From: an uncultured Dehalococcoidales bacterium | Lineage (GTDB): Bacteria; Chloroflexota; Dehalococcoidia; Dehalococcoidales; UBA5627 | Direction of reading: 5' to 3' | DNA length: 35,769 bases | NCBI GenBank assembly: GCA_964549815.1 | Contig: CAZJVO010000003.1 | Coordinates: 1-35,769, forward strand | Part shown: piece by piece, positions 29,283-35,769 of the stretch | Position numbering within the stretch: position 1 is the stretch's first letter | Layout: each line of letters begins with the position of its first letter | Made by a program: the position numbers and the translations under genes | Notes under the pieces: generated by a model | Told to the model about the DNA's origin: nothing | Database searches by the model: none | The model's input: the letters and a program-made list of their open reading frames with translations, nothing else

Positions 29283-30159
29283 GTTTCTTCCTCCTTGGGC
29301 GGCGCTCCATTGCGAGAACCAGTATCACCAGGAACAGCACTGCCGTTACCAGCTTCATATCTGTAGCGGAGAGTCCATATGTGATGGCGACAGCCACACA
29401 GGCCTTGTACAGAATGCTGCCGATAGCTACTGCGCTCGTCGGTTTGATTTTGGGCAAGCGCTTAAATAGTGAAAGCCCTATTATGACCGACGCCAGCCCG
29501 ATTACGATGGTTCCAGTTCCCATCTGTATTTCAAAGAATCTCTGCTGCTGGCACATAACGCTGCCGGCCAGTGCGACCAGTGCGTTGGATATGACAAGCC
29601 CGATGATTTTAACGGTACCCTTATCGTTGGCAAGCGAGGTTACCACCGCCGGATTGTCGCCCACGGCGCGCAGCAGATATCCCGATTTCGTCTTGAGATA
29701 CCAGTCTAGCAGCAGCTTTGCCAACAGTGCGACGATGAAGATGATAATCAGGGTTTTATACGGCTCGAGGAAGCCGGGGAATACTGAATTGGCGATGCTG
29801 TTATTAAATATCGTCGTTGTGTTGAATATCGGCAGGTTTGCCTTGCCTGCAATATGCAGGTTGACCGAATACAAAGCTGTCATGGTAATGATGCCGGAAA
29901 GCAGGTCTCGCACTTTCAGTTTGACGTGAATCAGCCCGGTAACAAGCCCCGCCGTAGCACCGGCAGCAAGGGAAGCGAGCATGGCAACAATTGGATTTAT
30001 ACCTGCCGTAATCAGAGAAGCTGTGATGGCGGCACCCAATGGGTATGTTCCGTCGACGCTCAGGTCGGGGAAATCCAGAATTTTATAGGTGATGTATACG
30101 CCCATCGCAATGATGGCGAATATCAAGCCCTGTTCCAGTATACTGATTACTAAATCCAA
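29275..30159 (-). CDS. ABC transporter permease (TrpY-like)
   Basis: FPDLSVDG, LRAVGDN and MGTGTIVIGLAS motifs; multi-TM. Confidence 0.92.
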   Translation of the reverse strand: MDLVISILEQGLIFAIIAMGVYITYKILDFPDLSVDGTYPLGAAITASLITAGINPIVAMLASLAAGATAGLVTGLIHVKLKVRDLLSGIITMTALYSVNLHIAGKANLPIFNTTTIFNNSIANSVFPGFLEPYKTLIIIFIVALLAKLLLDWYLKTKSGYLLRAVGDNPAVVTSLANDKGTVKIIGLVISNALVALAGSVMCQQQRFFEIQMGTGTIVIGLASVIIGLSLFKRLPKIKPTSAVAIGSILYKACVAVAITYGLSATDMKLVTAVLFLVILVLAMERRPRRKKLA

Positions 30160-30190
30160 ACGTCACCTCGAAATTTAAACCGTATAAAAA

Positions 30191-30221
30191 TTGTGGGTTG
30201 CACTCCGTATGCAACCCACAA
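30191..30221 (-). terminator. Intra-operon hairpin/terminator
   Basis: TTGTGGGTTGCA-N7-TGCAACCCACAA followed by TTTTT on the minus strand. Confidence 0.7.
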
Positions 30222-30421
30222 AACCATTTCACTTTAATCAATCCTGGCTACTTCCACTCTTAAATAAGAGCCCCCGATATATCGGGATGAAGAATAACAA
30301 AACAATCCTGAAGCCGCTCATCCTGAGCTTGTCGAAGGAAGCGGCGTTGAATTGTTATCCATAGCAACCATGATTGATAAGAGCTAACTATTTCAATCTA
30401 TTAGTATTATGGGTTACTTTC

Positions 30422-31378
30422 TTACTGCTCGACTACGTCGATAGCCCTGGCGGCCAGCTCTGCCGGCAGGGTAAAACCAAACTCCTCCATAACAGTCGAA
30501 TTTATATACAGGAAACTCTCGCTGATTATCTCATAAGGTATTTCCGATGCCTCTGCCTCTCCCTTTAATACTTTAGCCGCCATTTTGCCGGTTTGTTTGC
30601 CCAGTTCATAGTATTCCAGACCTTCAGATGCAACACAGCCGATTTTTACCTGCTCGATTTCGCTGCCGAATACCGGAATGCCTTTTTCGTTGGCTGCCTC
30701 CAGTATTACCGGCAGTGAGCCGACCACTGTGTTATCGGTTAGATTGGTGATGCAGTCCACCTTGGAAAGAAGCCCATCTATGGCCAGGGGGATATCTGCC
30801 GATGTGCTTATACCGGTCGTTATAATTTCGAAGCCATAGTCATCCGCCAGGTCTTCATATACGGCGATGGCAGATTCCGAATTGACTTCACTGGTAGTAT
30901 ACATAATACCGATTTTGGTGGCATCTGGCATCAGTGCCCTTATAAGCTGCAACTGTGCCTCAACCGGCAGCATGTCACTGGTACCGGTGATGTTCCCTTC
31001 GGTAATACCTGCAAGAACCGGGTCGGTAACTGCGGTAAAGATAACGGGAATCTTGCCTTCGGCGGCATTATAGGCTGCCTGTGCCATCGGGGTGGCTATT
31101 GCGCAAATCAAATCCACATTGCTCGAAACAAAAGACTGGGCAATAAGGTTGGCGGTCCCGCCGTCGAAGTTGGCGTCCTGATAATCAATGGTCAGATTCT
31201 CTCCCTCGATGATTCCTTCTTCTGCCAGCCCTGCGATGAAGCCCTCGCGGCAGTTATCGAGTGAAGCGTGCGGCCCGAATTGTCCGATGCCGATATGATA
31301 TTCTGTTTGGGTATCACATCCGGGCAGGAAAATGAGCAGCATTAAAGCTGCTATGAATACAGTAAATATTTTTTTCAC
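30422..31378 (-). CDS. ABC transporter substrate-binding lipoprotein (TrpX-like, probably tryptophan)
   Basis: Lipobox LPGC, HASLD, IATP, AVTDP, NITGTSD and TDNTV motifs; lies downstream of a Trp T-box. Confidence 0.9.
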   Translation of the reverse strand: MKKIFTVFIAALMLLIFLPGCDTQTEYHIGIGQFGPHASLDNCREGFIAGLAEEGIIEGENLTIDYQDANFDGGTANLIAQSFVSSNVDLICAIATPMAQAAYNAAEGKIPVIFTAVTDPVLAGITEGNITGTSDMLPVEAQLQLIRALMPDATKIGIMYTTSEVNSESAIAVYEDLADDYGFEIITTGISTSADIPLAIDGLLSKVDCITNLTDNTVVGSLPVILEAANEKGIPVFGSEIEQVKIGCVASEGLEYYELGKQTGKMAAKVLKGEAEASEIPYEIISESFLYINSTVMEEFGFTLPAELAARAIDVVEQ

Positions 31379-31626
31379 GATTTTTCTCCTTCGGTTTTTA
31401 TTTAACTTAAACCGAGGCGGTGATTATAAAATCATTCCATCCAAATAAATAACATTTGTAGATTATACCACCGACCTCTTCTTTATGTGTAACTGAACAA
31501 ACATTTATATAAAATGTTTTCTGCTGTTTTTAATTTTTCATTTCTTTTGGCCCATAACGGGCCATATCCCGGATAACCTGAACATATTCAGCTCCTTTTT
31601 CCAAGCATTGGATAAACATTGGCTAA

Positions 31627-31914
31627 AATAAAAAACCTCCTACCCTTAAAGGGGCAGGAGGTTGCTTCCGCGGTACCACCCTTCTTGACCAGACCTGCTG
31701 AGAGACCTGATCATCTCTACAGGATATATCCGGTGAAAAATCCGGTTGAATATCCTAAGGATATGTTAACGCTTCCCCTGCGGCAAAGCCTACTCGGTCA
31801 TCCCTTTCGGTTTGCGGCTCCTGGGTCCATTCAATCCAACCATCGGCACCGGCTCTCACCTTCCCCGGCTCTCTGAACCTGCATGTCGGATTTACTAGTC
31901 CCATTCACAGCCTT
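31627..31914 (-). ncRNA. T-box riboswitch, specifier UGG (Trp)
   Basis: Stem I with AGUA/GAA, AGAGA and GGUGA motifs; specifier loop GAA-UGG-A (31827-31829); AAGGGUGGUACCGCG T-box (31669-31683); terminator ACCUCCUGCCCC...GGGUAGGAGGUUUUUU. Confidence 0.93.
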
Positions 31915-31935
31915 TGATATATTAACTTATGTTTT

Positions 31936-31965
31936 ATTTTATTGCTTTGATGGGTGGGGTGTCAA
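31936..31965 (-). promoter_or_regulatory. Sigma70 promoter of the T-box leader
   Basis: TTGACA-N18-TAAAAT. Confidence 0.7.
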
Positions 31966-32085
31966 GGGGGGTGGGGGATTATGCTTGGGTTTTCACCGAT
32001 TAACGTCGGCATAACTATCAACTTATAACAATCGACAGTAAACTAAACTGGCAATTGTGCAATATCAATCTCAAATCCAGAGTGG

Positions 32086-32676
32086 TTAAAAGGTAATTGT
32101 ATCTACTCCTCGTTCAATATGAATATTTGAACTGTCATCTGAATTTCCATAAGACCAAACGATTTTATTGACACTGCCGACAGACACTGGATAATCGTAT
32201 TTATCTCCGGTATTTATAGCTCTTTTGAATTCCATAGTTGTGTAGCCGTCGGATTCGGCAATGCCATATTCCAATATATCATCGGTTCCACCAAGTATGG
32301 TATCTTGAGAATGATTTCCGGAATAATCCGTTATGTACATATCATATATATATCCTTCACCATCTTTGACCCATCCGAAAATCACATCGGAATTAAGCAT
32401 TGAACCGCTGGGGTTAAAACCTATTGCTAAAAAACCTTTTGTTTTGACATTAATTCCTATATAAATATAATTGCTGTCTGTATTCCAATATAGATCATAT
32501 TTACCCTCAGAAAGAGTTTTTGTGTTGGCATATTCGTTGGTACTGATGACTCCATCGGCGGACCATCCCGACTCTTTTTGACATGATATGCAAGGTAATA
32601 AAACAAATATTGTGCTTATAGCAATACTGTAGCTAATTATACTTTTTACTTTTATAAACCTGTGATTTTTTAACAT
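32086..32676 (-). CDS. Exported DOMON-domain protein
   Basis: N-terminal hydrophobic segment, then GFLAIGF, MLNSDVIFG, TTMEFKR, TGDKYD, IVWSYG and HIERG. Confidence 0.8.
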   Translation of the reverse strand: MLKNHRFIKVKSIISYSIAISTIFVLLPCISCQKESGWSADGVISTNEYANTKTLSEGKYDLYWNTDSNYIYIGINVKTKGFLAIGFNPSGSMLNSDVIFGWVKDGEGYIYDMYITDYSGNHSQDTILGGTDDILEYGIAESDGYTTMEFKRAINTGDKYDYPVSVGSVNKIVWSYGNSDDSSNIHIERGVDTITF

Positions 32677-32789
32677 CAGACGCCTCCTGTTTATTTACTA
32701 TTACTCAATCGCTGATATCAGGTATCTATTCAGTATTTATCAAGTACAGCTTACTATTTTCTATTTGTATTCTGATTAAATAACAAAAT

Positions 32790-33374
32790 TTATCGATTGA
32801 TTATTGCATCATAGGCATCTTGGGATAAGTATTTAGGCTGATAATCTACGTCTTTATCGCTCAAAGCAGATACAAATATCCTCAAATGGTTGCTCGAACC
32901 TTCTATCAGAGTATTATATGCTGTATCTATATCATCTTCATCTGCTTGAGCAAGATATTTTTGAATATCGATAATATCGATTTCTTCTATCATGGCTCCT
33001 ATGGTCAGAGCGTCGATTTCAGAAGCATCTCCCTGTTTTGTAAGATCATAATATAGCTGTTGTAAATCATGGTTAGTGAATACTCCGAAATCGTTGTTGC
33101 CGACCGGATCACTCATTTTGTATTCATCTATAAGCGTTTTGACTATATCCATATGTACCTGTTCACTCTGGCTGATTGAGTTCATTATGGCGGTACCCCA
33201 TTTATTGTAGAGATACGTATATACATCTCTTGCCATTTTTTCGATTTCGCGAACGAATGTGATTCCTTCTTTTTCTATATCGGTTAATTTTACTGAGCAT
33301 GCAGAGGCAAATAGCATAGTTGATAATAAAGCGAGTCCTAATTTGAAGTAATTGTCATTATCTGAATTAGCCAT
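32790..33374 (-). CDS. DUF2202 ferritin-like lipoprotein
   Basis: GAGGAG RBS before ATG 33374; FASAC lipobox-like motif, EKMARDVY, SEQVH, IEEIDI and GSSNHLR. Confidence 0.82.
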   Translation of the reverse strand: MANSDNDNYFKLGLALLSTMLFASACSVKLTDIEKEGITFVREIEKMARDVYTYLYNKWGTAIMNSISQSEQVHMDIVKTLIDEYKMSDPVGNNDFGVFTNHDLQQLYYDLTKQGDASEIDALTIGAMIEEIDIIDIQKYLAQADEDDIDTAYNTLIEGSSNHLRIFVSALSDKDVDYQPKYLSQDAYDAIINR

Positions 33375-33586
33375 ATCTTTACTCCTCAATTTAATATTAT
33401 CTTATGATTAGCATAATTACAATACATTTTAAACATAGCTTATAAATATTTGATAACTTGGGGCTTTTCATGGTTTATGGTGGGTTAATATAACCAGAGA
33501 GGCAGAAATCCACAGACTTGCTCGGGGATTTCCATTTAAAATAATTATCCGGGTTGGATATATTGTCAAATCTTTAACGTAATAGA

Positions 33587-33619
33587 AAAGCCCTCGAGCT
33601 TATATCACTCAAGGGCTTT
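33587..33619 (-). terminator. Terminator after tRNA-Ala
   Basis: AAAGCCCTCGAG...CTCAAGGGCTTT stem with a T-run on the minus strand. Confidence 0.75.
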
Positions 33620-33633
33620 ACTGTCTACTTTAT

Positions 33634-33709
33634 TGGTGGACCCGGGGGGATTCGAACCCCCTACCTTTTGACTGCCAGTCAAACGTTCTCCCAACTGAAC
33701 TACGGGCCC
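33634..33709 (-). tRNA. tRNA-Ala (GGC)
   Basis: 76 nt; TTTGA-CTGGCAG-TCAAA anticodon arm, G3:U70 alanine identity pair, encoded CCA. Confidence 0.97.
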
Positions 33710-33767
33710 TCAACCTACTTAATTTAGCATAAATAACAGCCTCTTATCAAGGTTAGGTATATTATAA

Positions 33768-34276
33768 TGTCGTTGCGAGGAAGGAGTGTAAACGACTGAC
33801 GCAGCAATCTCTCACATTATCAATTATGGCAAAGGACATATCTATTTAAAACGGTAGAGATTGCTTCATCCCGACTTGTCGGGATTCGCAAAGACAATTG
33901 ATTTTCCCCTCATCAGTCTCATTTCATTCGACAGCTTCCCCCGAGGGAAGCCGTTTTTGAGTCCCGACTGGTCGGGATGGCAGACCGATTTATCGGGAAT
34001 GACGGATTAGGGCGGTATTATACCCCACCCCAAATTTTGAGTTCCAGCAAGCGGGAATAAAATCCCGATTTATCGGGACTTCATTCGTCCTTCACGAATT
34101 CAGAATGACAAAAGAACTAAAAAGCCGTTCGTGGATGAGTCCCGACAAGTCGGGATCGAACCATAACGGCGTCGAAAGTAATCTTAGGGATTGCTTCGTC
34201 GTCCCTCTCTGATTTGTATTAGATTCATTCGTCTTCGCCTCAGAATGACAATGTAGAGGGACTTCTCGCGATGACA
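33768..34276. repeat. Cluster of nested REP/MITE-like hairpin elements
   Basis: Five CCGA-N4-TCGG palindromes, two GATTGCTTC...TCGC..TGAC/AGAC units and two TTCATTCGTC...CAGAATGACA units. Confidence 0.85.
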
Positions 34277-34283
34277 GTTGATT

Positions 34284-35651
34284 TTATTTCTTCTTAATCG
34301 GCGTGATTTTAACTCCGGTCGGGGTATCCTCGACGGCAACCCCTAAAGCTGTCAGCTTTTCCCTGACGGCATCGGCTTCCTTCCATCTCTTTTCCTTCCT
34401 GTAAATCTGCCGCTCTGTGATAAGTTTTTGAATCTCGGGGTTATCCTCGTAGCTGGCCGCTTCTAGCTTTAATCCGAAAACATCCTGTGCCAGGTCGGTC
34501 AGAACCTTTTTAGCTTCTGTAATATCGGTGCCATAATCCGCTGCCTGATTGATGGCCCTTGCCAGGTCGAAGAGTGAAGCCAGCGCCTGTGGTGTGTTGA
34601 AGTCATCATCCATTGCCTCGATGAACATTCTGCGATACGGCTCGGGGTCGAGCCTGTTGGCTGCGTTGCCTGCAGCAACATCTCTCTCGACGGTGCGTCT
34701 CAGCCTGTCGGCGGCACCATCTGCCGCTTGGAAAGCCTCCAGGGAATATTTCAAAGGGCTGCGGTAATGCGAGTTCAAAACGAATAATCTAATCGTATCG
34801 GCACCGTAGTCTTTAAGTGCGTCCTTAATGGTAATCAGGTTTCCCAGTGATTTGCTCATCTTGTCTTCGCCGAACTGTAAAAGCCCATTGTGCATCCAGT
34901 ACTTTGCAAATGGCTTTTTACCTGTAAAGCCCTCCGATTGCGCTATTTCATTTTCGTGATGAGGGAATATAAGGTCTTGCCCGCCCCCGTGAATATCTAT
35001 TGTCTCCCCAAGGTATTTTAAGGACATGGCGCTGCACTCGATATGCCAGCCTGGTCGGCCCTCTCCCCATGGGCTTGTCCACGACGGCTCTCCAGGTTTG
35101 GATGCTTTCCAGAGCGTAAAATCCATTGGATGCTCCTTATCTTCGTCGATTTCAATACGTGCCCCTGCCATCATGGAGTCCAGCGTTCTGTGGGCCAGCT
35201 TGCCGTAGTCGTCGACTTTTCTTACCCTGAAATAAACACTGCCGCCGGTTTCATAGGCGTATCCTCTGTCGATAAGCCCCTGCACCACCTCGATAATTTT
35301 ATCTATTTCTTCGGTAGCCCTCGGATAAAAATCAGCCCGGGAGACATTCAGCGCATCCATGTCCTCCATAAAGCTGTCGGAATATTGCTGTGCCAGCTCG
35401 GCAGCCGGAATTCCTCTTTTATTAGCCCTATCTATAATTTTATCGTCGATATCGGTGAAGTTTTGAACGAATTTGAGTCTGTAGCCGCTGAACTTGAGGT
35501 AGCGCCGGATGACGTCGAAAATGATATAGCTCATGGCATGCCCGATATGCGCCTCCGAATAGGGGGTTACCCCGCAGACGTACATCTTTACCTCATCGTC
35601 TTGCGGAACAAATTCCTCTTTCTTTCCGGACAGGGTATTGAAAATCTTCAT
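34284..35651 (-). CDS. cysS: Cysteine--tRNA ligase
   Basis: [38 protein letters not shown] and KMSKS motifs. Confidence 0.98.
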   Translation of the reverse strand: MKIFNTLSGKKEEFVPQDDEVKMYVCGVTPYSEAHIGHAMSYIIFDVIRRYLKFSGYRLKFVQNFTDIDDKIIDRANKRGIPAAELAQQYSDSFMEDMDALNVSRADFYPRATEEIDKIIEVVQGLIDRGYAYETGGSVYFRVRKVDDYGKLAHRTLDSMMAGARIEIDEDKEHPMDFTLWKASKPGEPSWTSPWGEGRPGWHIECSAMSLKYLGETIDIHGGGQDLIFPHHENEIAQSEGFTGKKPFAKYWMHNGLLQFGEDKMSKSLGNLITIKDALKDYGADTIRLFVLNSHYRSPLKYSLEAFQAADGAADRLRRTVERDVAAGNAANRLDPEPYRRMFIEAMDDDFNTPQALASLFDLARAINQAADYGTDITEAKKVLTDLAQDVFGLKLEAASYEDNPEIQKLITERQIYRKEKRWKEADAVREKLTALGVAVEDTPTGVKITPIKKK

Positions 35652-35769
35652 TCATTCTCCTCTTTGATAGTAGCTACTGCCCAGGCAACCATGCCTTCTT
35701 CCCTGCCGGCGAACCCGAGCTGTTCGGAGGTGCTGGCTTTGACGCTAACGACATCGATATCCACTTTCA
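35648..35769 (-). CDS. ispF: MEcPP synthase, 3' end only
   Basis: Manual translation [39 protein letters not shown]; the stop overlaps the cysS ATG (ATGA). Confidence 0.88.
   Translation of the reverse strand, partial: KVDIDVVSVKASTSEQLGFAGREEGMVAWAVATIKEENE

Noticed and set aside
31619-31876. 85-aa plus-strand ORF
   Set aside because: Antisense to the T-box leader.
31960-33640. att duplication of the tRNA-Ala 3' end
   Set aside because: Only a weak G-rich resemblance near 31966-31980; not a convincing direct repeat.
33768-34276. Possible CRISPR array
   Set aside because: Repeats are short, heterogeneous, irregularly spaced and nested; no cas genes in the window.

Overview
Core-genome window around the replication origin of a bacterium that is most likely Dehalococcoidia (Chloroflexota). 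This is inferred from the dnaA-obgE-nadD-gyrB order without dnaN, TTATCGAAA-type boxes and a Dehalococcoides-like Re-citrate synthase. It contains a 5'-truncated dnaA, a candidate oriC, obgE, nadD, gyrB, two paralogous small Ala-rich proteins, tRNA-Glu, folP-folK-queD, mntP, a TPR protein, gyrA, an ECF sigma/anti-sigma pair, an unannotated ferredoxin, a radical SAM enzyme, a sirtuin, a GNAT, an HhH-GPD glycosylase, argC, MFS and DedA proteins, a Trp T-box-controlled ABC importer, a DOMON/ferritin-like pair, tRNA-Ala, cysS and the 3' end of ispF. The most novel element is an AT-rich three-gene cassette (10069-12717): small helical protein, MORC-like GHKL ATPase and DUF1016_N-like protein, with no recognisable nuclease or methyltransferase. 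It is a candidate uncharacterised defence/conflict system. Also notable are a CCCGA-N4-TCGGG palindrome nested in several unrelated REP-like hairpins, twin ECF promoters, and a CExxHGH-type QueD that may replace FolB. All calls are by eye; no searches were run.
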